Positions 5,807 to 15,214 of a DNA stretch of 36,838 nt are shown here, piece after piece. Positions within the stretch are counted from its first letter, which is position 1, and the number at the start of each line of letters is the position of its first letter. This stretch comes from Candidatus Micrarchaeia archaeon (GTDB lineage: Archaea > Micrarchaeota > Micrarchaeia > Micrarchaeales > CABMGC01): assembly GCA_049967555.1 (NCBI GenBank), contig JBMFSM010000001.1, forward strand, positions 1 through 36,838. Reading direction: 5' to 3'. The position numbers and the translations under genes were made by a program. The notes beneath the pieces were generated by a model. It made no database searches. It worked only from the letters and a program-made list of their open reading frames with translations, and had not been told where the DNA came from.

Positions 5807-7162
5807 CTAAATTATATTTTGTGCAGCAGCCTGTGCAAGGCTTATTATAGCAGAAGGAAATACACCAAAAAGGACAACTATTATCATGCTCACGAATATA
5901 ACGAAATATAAAGAAAGCCGCATATTAACATGGCGGGCATTTGCCTTGTTTGTATATACTGCAATTATTACTTTTGCGTAATAATATACAGATATCAATG
6001 TGGCTATTATTCCAAGCACTGCGAGCCAAACAAAATTGGAATATACCGCGCTAGAAAAAAGCATAAATTTTCCTACAAATCCAATTGTGAAAGGTACCCC
6101 CATCATAGAAAATAAGAACAGTGACAGCGCGAAAGCCATTATTTTATTCTCGTTGTTAAGGCCTATATAATCTTTTATTTCTGTTCTCTCTTTTGATTCA
6201 AGTGCTCCTACAATTGCAAATACTCCAATAAATGCAAACATATGGGCAAAAATTTGGAAAATGCTTGCCGCCAAGCCATATCTGCTAATAGTAGCGAGCC
6301 CTATTAAAATATATCCCACTTGTGATATGGAAGAATATGCAAGCATTCTTTTCACATTTTTCTGCGGTAACGCAGCAAGGTTGCCGTAAATCATTGTTAG
6401 CACTGCAAAGAAGAGTAGGAGGTTTTGCGACATATATGGAAAAACAATCAGCAATATATAAATGAGTGCCACAATTCCTACTTTTTTGTTTATGCCCCCA
6501 AGCATAGCAGTCACAAAGCTAGGGCCACCTTGGTACACGTCAGGTATCCATAAATTAAATGGAAATAAACCAGACTCTATACCAAGAGATACAACGAAGA
6601 AAAGCATTGCTATGGTGTCTCCTATATTGTTGTGGTTTATAATTTGCAGGTTTCCTCCAAAGATAAACAATACTGCTGCACCAAATGCGAACAAGCCCGC
6701 TGAAACGATAACGACAACAAAGTATTTTATGCCTGCTTCAAGCCACTTATTTGAAAGAAGCAGCATCATTACCATTGGTATGGCAAGTGCCTCTAACCCA
6801 AGAAAGAGTACTATTATATTTGTAGACATTATTACGAGAAGCATCCCAAAGAACGAGAATCCTGAAAAAAGAGAAAACTCTAGATAGTGCTCTTCACCAT
6901 ATGCAATGAAATGTATGAGAATCATACCTAAAGTAACAGTAAGTGCCATAAACACTGAAAATGAATTCATGCTAAGCATGCTGTCAAGATGCAAGCCAAA
7001 GTAATTATTGGTAATGGTGAGCATGAACAAGAAAAACAAAATTACAAGGAAAGCATTGCTAAATGCAAAACCTATCTTCTTGCTTTTTATAATATTGGCA
7101 ATAATGCTGGAAATAATATAAAGGGCAGCAGCCAGTGAAATCCCAAGAAAGATTGTAATCAT
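5807..7162 (-). CDS. nuoN: NADH-quinone oxidoreductase (complex I) subunit N, antiporter-like
   Basis: 451-aa polytopic membrane protein. It is the last gene of the nuoABCDHIJKLMN cluster and overlaps nuoM by 4 nt. Confidence 0.8.
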   Translation of the reverse strand: MITIFLGISLAAALYIISSIIANIIKSKKIGFAFSNAFLVILFFLFMLTITNNYFGLHLDSMLSMNSFSVFMALTVTLGMILIHFIAYGEEHYLEFSLFSGFSFFGMLLVIMSTNIIVLFLGLEALAIPMVMMLLLSNKWLEAGIKYFVVVIVSAGLFAFGAAVLFIFGGNLQIINHNNIGDTIAMLFFVVSLGIESGLFPFNLWIPDVYQGGPSFVTAMLGGINKKVGIVALIYILLIVFPYMSQNLLLFFAVLTMIYGNLAALPQKNVKRMLAYSSISQVGYILIGLATISRYGLAASIFQIFAHMFAFIGVFAIVGALESKERTEIKDYIGLNNENKIMAFALSLFLFSMMGVPFTIGFVGKFMLFSSAVYSNFVWLAVLGIIATLISVYYYAKVIIAVYTNKANARHVNMRLSLYFVIFVSMIIVVLFGVFPSAIISLAQAAAQNII

Positions 7163-8589
7163 AAAATTGCACCTATTCCATTCAAAACAATTTGTGGAAA
7201 TATACCTATAACTATTATAAATGCTGCAAGCAAGACGAAGCTTGCTATAACACTATTGTCAAGTATGTCATACCTTTCCGCCTCATTTCCAATAAGAAAA
7301 ACCCTTTCATATGTCCAAAATAGATATGCAGCATTTATTATCAATGCAATTGCGGGAAGCATTATAATTATACCAAAACTCTTTACCCCACCCAAGAACA
7401 TAAGTAAGTCCGATATAAAGCCGCTAGTAAGTGGCAGCCCTATTGTAGCTAGTATTCCAAAAAGGAAGAGATATCCTATAAACCAACTCTCTTTTGTTAT
7501 ACCACCTAACCTATCTATTGTGGGCGTGCCAAAAACTTTTTCTATGCCAAAAACAATAAGAAAAAGCAAGCTTATTACAAGAGCGTGGCTAAGCGACCCA
7601 AAAAGTGCAGCGCTCATTCCAAGCACATTCATTGTTGCTACGGCAAAACCTAAAATACCAATTTCGCTTATGCTTAAATAAGAAAGCATCCTTTTGAGGT
7701 TTTTTTGGCTCATTGCTGTGGCTGCTCCATATATAGATGAAAGGGCGAAAAGAATCCCAACATATATTGAATACTCCTTTGCTATCGGTAGCGAAATAAA
7801 GAGTATAATTAATCCATATACTCCAAATTTTGAAAGAACACCAGAAAGAAGAATAGCTCCGCCAGAATTCGATTCAGAATATGCATCAGGGGCCCATGAA
7901 TGGAACGGAAATACTGGCATCTTTACCATAAACGCTGTGAGAAGCAGAGCGAATATCAGTATCTGTGTATTTTTCGGTATTAAGTAGCCCATATTAAGGA
8001 GCTGATTTATGCTAAAGCTATGGGTTGGAAGGTTAAAGTAAATAAGTATTATCCCTATCAGAAGAAGTGAACTTGAAAATATTGAATAAATGATAAATTT
8101 TATGGAAGCATACCTTCTATCATAGCTACCAAAATGGAAGAGCATAAAAAACATCACTATTATACTGAGGTCCCAAAAAAGATAAAGCACAAAAAGATTC
8201 CCAGATAAAAATAGTCCTATTGAACCCGCTTCGCCAAGCATAATAAGTAAATTATATCCTAGTCTTTCCTCTTCTACAAAGAACCTGCTTGCAATGCTTG
8301 CAGCTAGAAACACAACAACAGTGAGAAACATAAAAATGAAAGATATATTATTCATTCCAAGATCTAAATTTACATTTATTGCTGGCATAAGCACATAGCT
8401 TTCATTGACATTGCCTATATGTATGAATGCAACCGACGCTATAAGGAAAAAGATAAATTCAAGTGCCGCTACGATTATCGCAATTTCGCTCCCCCAGCGC
8501 CTGGTCATTATAACTAAAGCAATTCCCGCAAGTGGGATAAGTAACATAATCAATAATATCGGAATCATATAAATACCATAAGAACCCAT
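7159..8589 (-). CDS. nuoM: Complex I subunit M, antiporter-like
   Basis: 476 aa, ND4-like (FPFHSWAPDAYSES). An alternative start at 8568 gives an ATGA overlap with the nuoL stop. Confidence 0.85.
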   Translation of the reverse strand: MGSYGIYMIPILLIMLLIPLAGIALVIMTRRWGSEIAIIVAALEFIFFLIASVAFIHIGNVNESYVLMPAINVNLDLGMNNISFIFMFLTVVVFLAASIASRFFVEEERLGYNLLIMLGEAGSIGLFLSGNLFVLYLFWDLSIIVMFFMLFHFGSYDRRYASIKFIIYSIFSSSLLLIGIILIYFNLPTHSFSINQLLNMGYLIPKNTQILIFALLLTAFMVKMPVFPFHSWAPDAYSESNSGGAILLSGVLSKFGVYGLIILFISLPIAKEYSIYVGILFALSSIYGAATAMSQKNLKRMLSYLSISEIGILGFAVATMNVLGMSAALFGSLSHALVISLLFLIVFGIEKVFGTPTIDRLGGITKESWFIGYLFLFGILATIGLPLTSGFISDLLMFLGGVKSFGIIIMLPAIALIINAAYLFWTYERVFLIGNEAERYDILDNSVIASFVLLAAFIIVIGIFPQIVLNGIGAIL

Positions 8590-10301
8590 ATTATTATTGC
8601 GCCTATTATAAATATCAAAACATAAAAGCTGACATCCCCATTTTCAACCAATCTAATTTTTTCGCCCAGCATGTTTGCCAAATGTCCTATCCAATCGAAC
8701 AGGTCATTCAAATATAAGTCGAACATCGCTATGCCCTCCCCAATTATATATACAAAATTTCCAACAGTATAGTATAAGAAATTCACTGCTGGGCTGTTGT
8801 ATAAAAATTTGTCAACTATCCCAAGCTTTGCTGAAATTTTTTGCTTGTAATAAACGAGGTAGCTTAGTATCAAGCCTGCGCAAATAAGCAGTGTCTCAAC
8901 TGTGGCTTCAATAATGCTGAACGACAATTTAAATCCAAAGTAACCAAAATAAAAGAAGACAGCACTTGCCAAAACTGTAAGAACTGCAAGCGCTGCCACC
9001 AGCAATACCACATCTCTCGGCTCTGAAAGATATATAATATTTATGTTCTTGTTTTTTGTATCTTTTGATGTTGCAAAGAACCATCTAAATATAAAGAAGC
9101 TGGTCCCTATCGAAATGAAACTAAGAATAACATATGCGATAAGATTGCTTTGAAAAGCGCCGCCTATGCCTATATTAGCAAAGAACCCATCAAATGGAAT
9201 AAACCCTGCAAGCGCAAGCACGCCAAACAGCGTTGAGAAATAAATAAGCTTATTCTTTCTGAGACCATATATCGCATTTATGTTCTCACTTTCATTTGCC
9301 TCTATCATTATTCCAGAACTGAAGAAAAGAAGTGCCTTATATATCGCCTGTGCAAAAAAGAAATAAAGTGCAGCCCCCAATGCTCCAAAACCTATTGCAC
9401 TTAGCATAAGTGCGAGCTCTTCAACAGTAGAGTATGCGAGGATTCTCTTCACATGCGTTTCCCTCATTGCATTTGTGACAGCAATAATTGCAGTGAGCAA
9501 GCCAAATACAACAAAATATTCAAGCATGCCTGCATGTAAAAATATAGGGAAAAGCACTATCGCAACGAACACTCCTGCTTTTACCATTGTGGCGGAATGC
9601 AAATATGCGGATACTGGAACCGGTCCTTCCATTGCATCAGGGAGCCACTCGTGAAATGGAAACTGTGCCGATTTGGTGAAAATTGCCAACATAAGAAGAA
9701 GTGTTGCTGCAGTAAGCTCAGCCCCTCCACCGCTTTCTTTGATTATCTGTGAAAAAGTAAATGTACCATACGCATTCCAAAATAAAGCAATTGAAAGGAT
9801 GAGGGCGATATCTCCTATAAATATAATAGTTATTACCTTCCTTGCTGCAACGGACGCACTTTTTTTTGCATACAGAAAACCGATGAGAAGATAACTGGTC
9901 ACACTAAGAAATTCCCAGGCTATAAAGAGGGTTATGAAGTTGCCCGAAATCGAGAACATTGTAATTGCAATAGTAAAAGCAAGCAATTCTATATAATACC
10001 TTTTTAGCTGTGATCTGTCTTTGAAGTATTCTAAAGAATATATATATACAAAAGGCGCAAGCCCTAAAACTATCGTGAGCAGTACCATATTGGTGCCTGA
10101 AACAGAACTCATAAGGCTTATATTCAGTGCACTAATACTAAACCACCCAATCGAATAACTACCCATACTTACAAAAGGCAGCAGTGCAATGCTCGCAAAG
10201 CTTGCGGCTATTGAAATATAAGCTATATTTTTATTGTTCTTGAGCAGCGCGGCAAGTAGCAAAGCAACAAGAAAAGGCAGCAATACAACAAACGCAATCA
10301 T
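8565..10301 (-). CDS. nuoL: Complex I subunit L, antiporter-like
   Basis: 578 aa, ND5-like (FPFHEWLPDAMEGPVPVSAYLHSATMVKAGVF). Confidence 0.85.
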   Translation of the reverse strand: MIAFVVLLPFLVALLLAALLKNNKNIAYISIAASFASIALLPFVSMGSYSIGWFSISALNISLMSSVSGTNMVLLTIVLGLAPFVYIYSLEYFKDRSQLKRYYIELLAFTIAITMFSISGNFITLFIAWEFLSVTSYLLIGFLYAKKSASVAARKVITIIFIGDIALILSIALFWNAYGTFTFSQIIKESGGGAELTAATLLLMLAIFTKSAQFPFHEWLPDAMEGPVPVSAYLHSATMVKAGVFVAIVLFPIFLHAGMLEYFVVFGLLTAIIAVTNAMRETHVKRILAYSTVEELALMLSAIGFGALGAALYFFFAQAIYKALLFFSSGIMIEANESENINAIYGLRKNKLIYFSTLFGVLALAGFIPFDGFFANIGIGGAFQSNLIAYVILSFISIGTSFFIFRWFFATSKDTKNKNINIIYLSEPRDVVLLVAALAVLTVLASAVFFYFGYFGFKLSFSIIEATVETLLICAGLILSYLVYYKQKISAKLGIVDKFLYNSPAVNFLYYTVGNFVYIIGEGIAMFDLYLNDLFDWIGHLANMLGEKIRLVENGDVSFYVLIFIIGAIIIWVLMVFI

Positions 10302-10304
10302 ATC

Positions 10305-10589
10305 CTATCCCTTATAATTTTCAAACTTCTTCAAGCTAAATGATTCTATCGGGCTAAGTATTTGATATAATGCCACTAGTACAACGATATCAAGGGCTCC
10401 AACTGCCCAAATCGCGAGCAACATCCCTGCCCCGCCAGCATTCTGATTATAACTCATTCCATATCCTAAAAGTATTATACTCGAAAGAAACATCAATTCT
10501 ATTGAAAATACTGTTATAATTATGTTCTTACTAGAAATAACTCCTGCTGTACCAATACCCAAAAGAGCAATACTCAAGTAAATAAGCAA
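10305..10589 (-). CDS. nuoK: Complex I subunit K
   Basis: 94 aa with 3 TM helices, positioned between nuoJ and nuoL. Confidence 0.8.
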   Translation of the reverse strand: MLIYLSIALLGIGTAGVISSKNIIITVFSIELMFLSSIILLGYGMSYNQNAGGAGMLLAIWAVGALDIVVLVALYQILSPIESFSLKKFENYKG

Positions 10590-10591
10590 AA

Positions 10592-11065
10592 TTATTTAAT
10601 CACCCTCTTTTTTACCAATAAAATACTACCTATAGCTCCAGCAAAAGGAATAAACGCAATAACATAGAGCAGATAGGGTGTATTTTCTTCTAGGCTTTCA
10701 AAACTCGCGAGGAAGCCGTTGCTTGTGTGTGTGGTGCTTCCGCCAATAGGCATGAACATAAGCGCGAAAGAGACTGCAATTACTATCGCAAGCACTGAAA
10801 AATACACCATGTTAACACTTCTTTTTTCTTTGTTCTCTTGTGAGAATGCAATTATCAAATAAGTTGAAAATCCTCCAACAAGCACAAAGAGCTGGAGCAG
10901 AGCTAGTATGCTTTGCGAGGCGAAAAGAAGCGCCATAGCGCTTCCAAAGAAAGTGAAAGCAAGTGCTATAGCTGCATGAAATATGCTTTTAGATGCAAAT
11001 ATGAAAAACGCAGATCCTAGCGTGAAAAACGCAACGGCAAAGAGCATCGCAATCTCAATAATCAT
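10592..11065 (-). CDS. nuoJ: Complex I subunit J
   Basis: 157-aa membrane protein, called from its position between nuoI and nuoK. Confidence 0.7.
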   Translation of the reverse strand: MIIEIAMLFAVAFFTLGSAFFIFASKSIFHAAIALAFTFFGSAMALLFASQSILALLQLFVLVGGFSTYLIIAFSQENKEKRSVNMVYFSVLAIVIAVSFALMFMPIGGSTTHTSNGFLASFESLEENTPYLLYVIAFIPFAGAIGSILLVKKRVIK

Positions 11066-11109
11066 TTCTCCACCACTTTAATAACAAATACATACAATAC
11101 AGCCGCAAT

Positions 11110-11469
11110 TTATTTCAGCTCTTCTGGTCTCTTTATAAAATATCTCCTATCTTTTTTTACAAAATCATAATTCTTGGTCAGCACAAGGCAATGGGTTGGA
11201 CATACCTCCTCGCAAAGCCCGCAAAAAAGGCACCTCTCCAAATCTATCTGTGGGAGCTTTCTTCTTCCTTTTTCTGTTTCTGCTTCTATCATTGTTATTG
11301 TTTTATTTGGACATATTCTTTCGCATGCCCCACAGCTTATGCACGTATTTATGTCAAGTTTATGTATGCCCCTATAATTATCTGGCTGTATTTCCCTTTC
11401 TTCCGGAAAATCTGTTGTAAATCTGTCCTTTTCAAGGGCGCCGATAGTTTTAATCAATGGTCTTAACAT
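11110..11469 (-). CDS. nuoI: Complex I subunit I, 2x[4Fe-4S] ferredoxin-type
   Basis: Two CxxCxxCxxxCP motifs (CISCGACERICP and CLFCGLCEEVCP). Confidence 0.9.
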   Translation of the reverse strand: MLRPLIKTIGALEKDRFTTDFPEEREIQPDNYRGIHKLDINTCISCGACERICPNKTITMIEAETEKGRRKLPQIDLERCLFCGLCEEVCPTHCLVLTKNYDFVKKDRRYFIKRPEELK

Positions 11470-11473
11470 ATAA

Positions 11474-12424
11474 TTACCTAACTAATAATAAAAATATTAA
11501 TATAATATTAAGGATTGAAAATGGAAGGAGCCAGAACCATCCGAAACTCATGAGTTTGTCAAGCTTCATTCTTACTGCTGTGGATCTTATTATCACTATT
11601 GCAATTGCAACAAGAAATGCCTTTGCAAAGAGCCATGCTACCTGTGGCAGATCTGGCCCAAGCCACCCTCCAAGGAACATTATTGAAATAAGAAGCGAAC
11701 CCAAGAACATCCTTGTATAATCAACAAAAAGTGCAATTGCATAATACGGTGCGCCCACATCAACAAGCCACCCCGCTATAAGCTCGCTATCTGCTTCCCT
11801 TAAATCAAAAGGTGGCCTTTCTAACTCAGCCAACATCGCTATAAAGAACACAGCAAAGCCTATTGGCATTAAGAGTATAAACGGTGTTTTAGATTGCGCA
11901 TTGACAATATTATATATATTAAAGCTTCCAGAGTAAAGCGCAACCCCCACAACCGCAAGAATCATCGGTATTTCATATCCTAGCGACATTATTACGGACC
12001 TTTGTGCGCTTATCGCTGCAAATTTGTTTCCGCTCGAAGCCCCTATGAGAAATATTAAAATCGGAGCGAAAGAGAGAAGCACAAATATCGCTAACAATCC
12101 AAGGCTTAAGCTGAGGCCTATTGTGCTAGAGAATTGCACTAAGTATATAAGAAAAATAATGAGCGCAAGTAGTATTATCGGTGCCAAAGAAAAGACAAGC
12201 TTGTCAGCGTTGCTTGGGACTATATTTTCTTTTGCAAGAAGCTTTACTATATCTGCAAAGTTTTGCAGCAATCCAAATTTTCCAACATATGTGGGACCAT
12301 GCCTGAGCTGAGCTTTGGCGATTATCTTTCTCTCTATCCAGCCAAAGACGTAATCAAAAAACACAATAAACACAAAGATTATTACTGTATCTTTGATCAC
12401 ATCTACTATTTCATTTGTCAACAT
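11474..12424 (-). CDS. nuoH: Complex I subunit H
   Basis: 316 aa. ERKIIAKAQLRHGP and LAELERPPFDLREADSELIAGW are the ND1/NuoH signatures. Confidence 0.9.
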   Translation of the reverse strand: MLTNEIVDVIKDTVIIFVFIVFFDYVFGWIERKIIAKAQLRHGPTYVGKFGLLQNFADIVKLLAKENIVPSNADKLVFSLAPIILLALIIFLIYLVQFSSTIGLSLSLGLLAIFVLLSFAPILIFLIGASSGNKFAAISAQRSVIMSLGYEIPMILAVVGVALYSGSFNIYNIVNAQSKTPFILLMPIGFAVFFIAMLAELERPPFDLREADSELIAGWLVDVGAPYYAIALFVDYTRMFLGSLLISIMFLGGWLGPDLPQVAWLFAKAFLVAIAIVIIRSTAVRMKLDKLMSFGWFWLLPFSILNIILIFLLLVR

Positions 12425-13502
12425 CTGCCATCACCAAATCCAGACTTCCAAGTATGGCAAAAAGATCAGCATACTTGGCCCCTTTTGCAATATATCTTAA
12501 AGGCGACAGATTTATGAAAGCTGGTGATCTTATTGAGAGGCGGTATGGCTTCTGCTTGTCTGTTTTCATAAAGATCATTCCCTCGCCCCTTGGCAATTCT
12601 CTTCTTACTATTATCTCACTTTCTTTAACCTCGGGTGATATAAGTTTTATAGGCATTCCAAGAGCGTCTCCTTCCGGTATGGATTTCATAGCATCGCGTA
12701 TAAGTTTTATGCTTTCCTTCATTTCAAGCATCCTTACTTTGTACCTTGAGAATACGTCACCCTTGACTTGAATCTGCGGTATGAAGTGCAGCTTGCTGTA
12801 AACATAGTAGCTGTAATCATTCCTTACATCAAAATTTACCCCGGATGCCCTAAGCACAGGTCCTGTAACACCAAGCTCTATTGCTTCTTTTTTCTTTAAA
12901 ATACCCACATTCCTAGTTCTCTCCAAGAAAATCGGATTCTTTTCTAAGTATGTCTCATAATCTTTTATTCTCCTTTCAAGATAATCTAGCAACTTGCTTG
13001 CATGTTCTTCGAAATTCGGAGGCAAATCTATCGATACTCCACCAAGCCTCATGTTGACATAAAACATCCTGCTACCTGTAACATCTTGTAGCAAGTTAAG
13101 TATCAGATCCCTATCTTTCAAAGTCCACATGAACATTGTGAACATCTGCCCGATGTCGTTGCATGAGGTTCCAAGCCAAAGAAGATGGCTTGCTATTCTC
13201 TGAAATTCGAGTAGTATGAGCCTCACATATTTTGCCCTTTCTTTTACTTGTATTCCCATTGTCTCCTCTACAGCTGCAACATAAAGGTCGCTATATGCCA
13301 TTGGCGCGGCATAATCTAATTTTTCCATATATCCTTCATTTTGCATATACATCCTATTTTCCACGAGTTTTTCAACCCCTCTATGAAGAAAGCCGACGTG
13401 TGGCTCTACATCGACAATGGTATCGCCGTCAAGCGTTACTACAAGCCTAAGCACACCATGAGTGCTTGGATGTATAGGACCTACATTTATCCTAGTCAGC
13501 AT
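12411..13502 (-). CDS. nuoD: Complex I subunit D (49 kDa)
   Basis: 363 aa, with VGPIHPSTHGVLRLVVTLDGDTIVDVEPHVGFLHRGVEKL. Confidence 0.9.
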   Translation of the reverse strand: MLTRINVGPIHPSTHGVLRLVVTLDGDTIVDVEPHVGFLHRGVEKLVENRMYMQNEGYMEKLDYAAPMAYSDLYVAAVEETMGIQVKERAKYVRLILLEFQRIASHLLWLGTSCNDIGQMFTMFMWTLKDRDLILNLLQDVTGSRMFYVNMRLGGVSIDLPPNFEEHASKLLDYLERRIKDYETYLEKNPIFLERTRNVGILKKKEAIELGVTGPVLRASGVNFDVRNDYSYYVYSKLHFIPQIQVKGDVFSRYKVRMLEMKESIKLIRDAMKSIPEGDALGMPIKLISPEVKESEIIVRRELPRGEGMIFMKTDKQKPYRLSIRSPAFINLSPLRYIAKGAKYADLFAILGSLDLVMADVDK

Positions 13503-13504
13503 TA

Positions 13505-13879
13505 TTAATCACCAGTATATTCTGATCCCCAGATAAAACTTTTTCTCAAAGGCGCTTCTTTGCCATCCCATTTCTCCAAAAGAAGTTTTTTTACCTTTCT
13601 TCCTTCTATTTCTATACCAAACATCTCACTAAGCTCCCTCTCATAAAAATCTGCCGCCTTATATATATCAACTATGCTGGGTATGCTCTCATCATTTTTA
13701 ATCTCTACTTTTATATTTATCTCTTTCTTGTTTTCCATATTTCTTATAAAATAAATAATTTCCAAGTAATTTATATAATCTGTTGCTGTTATCTTTGTTA
13801 AATAATCGAAACCTTCTTTCTGCGCTTCTTTCAGCTGTTCCCTCAAATCTTCCTTTTTAATCTTCAATCTTACCACCAA
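13505..13879 (-). CDS. nuoC: Complex I subunit C (30 kDa), short form
   Basis: 124 aa. SIVDIYKAADFYERELSEMFGIEIEG...PLRKSF matches the NuoC core. Confidence 0.8.
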   Translation of the reverse strand: MVVRLKIKKEDLREQLKEAQKEGFDYLTKITATDYINYLEIIYFIRNMENKKEINIKVEIKNDESIPSIVDIYKAADFYERELSEMFGIEIEGRKVKKLLLEKWDGKEAPLRKSFIWGSEYTGD

Positions 13880-14405
13880 CTTTTTCCTGAAGCTTCATCA
13901 ACGCCTCAAAAAGATTTTCTGGTTTTGGAGGGCATCCTGCCACGTAAATATCAACGGGAAGTATCTGGTCTATACCTTTAATTATATTGTAGCTTTCCCA
14001 CCATGGCCCACCACTGACTGCGCATTCCCCATATGCTATCACATATCTTGGCTTTGCCATTTGTTCATATAGCCTTTTTATTTCTGGTGCGACTGCCTTT
14101 GTTACCCATCCTGCAACTATCATAACATCACATTGCCTTGGGGTGCCCCTAAACAAAAGATATCCTTTTCTTTCAGCGTCTATCCTAGATGAACCAAAAT
14201 CCATAAGTTCCATAGCACAACACGCAAGACCAAATTGCATAGGCCAAAGCGAATTTTTTCTAGTCCAGCGTATGGTGCCGCTTGCTATTGCTTTGGTGGC
14301 CTCTTTCAGATTTGTAAAAAAAGCACCAGTTGGCGCCTTATATGTTTTAAGCGAATCTGCGACGACTTGTTCCATCTCCCTCCTAGCATTTTCAAAATCT
14401 TCCAT
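13857..14405 (-). CDS. nuoB: Complex I subunit B (20 kDa, N2 cluster)
   Basis: GLACCAMELM, GECAVSGGPW and AGCPPKPE supply the four Cys ligands. Confidence 0.9.
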   Translation of the reverse strand: MEDFENARREMEQVVADSLKTYKAPTGAFFTNLKEATKAIASGTIRWTRKNSLWPMQFGLACCAMELMDFGSSRIDAERKGYLLFRGTPRQCDVMIVAGWVTKAVAPEIKRLYEQMAKPRYVIAYGECAVSGGPWWESYNIIKGIDQILPVDIYVAGCPPKPENLFEALMKLQEKVGGKIED

Positions 14406-14756
14406 TTACTTCACCCTTGCTATAGCAATACTCGTTATCACAAGCAGCGTAGAAAATATGAAAAGAAAAGAGATTAATATATCCTGATTATAATCAACAA
14501 CCCTTGCTGACGCCGCCCACAATATGGCAATGGCAACTGTTATCTCAAAAGCAATAAAGATTGTAAAATAATAAAAATACTCCTGCATTATACTTACTTT
14601 GCGCCCGATAGGTGCCTCGGCACTCTCATAGCTTGAATTTTTTATTGGATTATATTCCTCTATCGGCCCAAGTAGCTTTGACACAAAGATCATGGCAACA
14701 GGCACAAGCAGCGAAAAGAGCGCAAATACAAGCAATTCCACATATTCAGAAAGCAT
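14406..14756 (-). CDS. nuoA: Complex I subunit A
   Basis: 116 aa with 3 TM helices and an SYESAEAPIG loop (YECG-like). It is the first gene of the cluster. Confidence 0.75.
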   Translation of the reverse strand: MLSEYVELLVFALFSLLVPVAMIFVSKLLGPIEEYNPIKNSSYESAEAPIGRKVSIMQEYFYYFTIFIAFEITVAIAILWAASARVVDYNQDILISFLFIFSTLLVITSIAIARVK

Positions 14757-14827
14757 ATTTAAAATAACACAGCATATCTATTTATAGCTGTTTATACTAC
14801 GTTATATGGTCTTTTTTTGTTGATTCT
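14757..14827. promoter_or_regulatory. Probable bidirectional promoter region (nuo operon leftward, hypothetical gene rightward)
   Basis: A 71-nt spacer with TATA-like ctatttatagc (about 14779..14790) and gtttatact (about 14792..14800). Each lies about 25-35 nt from one of the two divergent ATGs, which suggests short or absent leaders. Confidence 0.35.
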
Positions 14828-15100
14828 ATGATAAGTGATTTTGCTAAGCAGATAGTAAAAAAAGGGAGCATAAAGATAAGAGTCAAAAGGAGCGGCATGC
14901 TTCAGCAGCTTACTTTTACAGTCAAGGTGTCGAACGCTGGCAACTTAAAATATTATGAACTTTCCACTGAGAGGGTTGTTGACACTTCAGAGCTGTTGAG
15001 GGTTGCAAGCGAGATAGGACTTCCTGTGAAAGCCCCAAACGGAGAGGCATTTCCGAAAGATACTGGGGCAACAGACTTTCTTATAGAGCTTTTTGGCTAG
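14828..15100 (+). CDS. Hypothetical protein (90 aa), no family recognised
   Basis: Clean ORF with non-repetitive composition, divergent from nuoA. No motif recognised. Confidence 0.55.
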   Translation: MISDFAKQIVKKGSIKIRVKRSGMLQQLTFTVKVSNAGNLKYYELSTERVVDTSELLRVASEIGLPVKAPNGEAFPKDTGATDFLIELFG

Positions 15101-15214
15101 CTTAGCTGTAACCTTGAATCCGCCTCAAGCTACCTAACCGCCCCCCCCAGACGCATAGCATATTTTGCACATATCTAACTTTCAGTTCAAAATTGAGTGT
15201 AGAAAGGCGCATCG

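Noticed and set aside
15101-15214. Convergent intergenic spacer with a C8 homopolymer (15141..15148) and the small hairpin cttga-N7-tcaag, considered as an ncRNA or a phase-variable tract
   Set aside because: It is outside any coding frame, has no recognisable RNA family features and is only 114 nt. It most likely holds 3' UTR and termination sequence for the two convergent genes.
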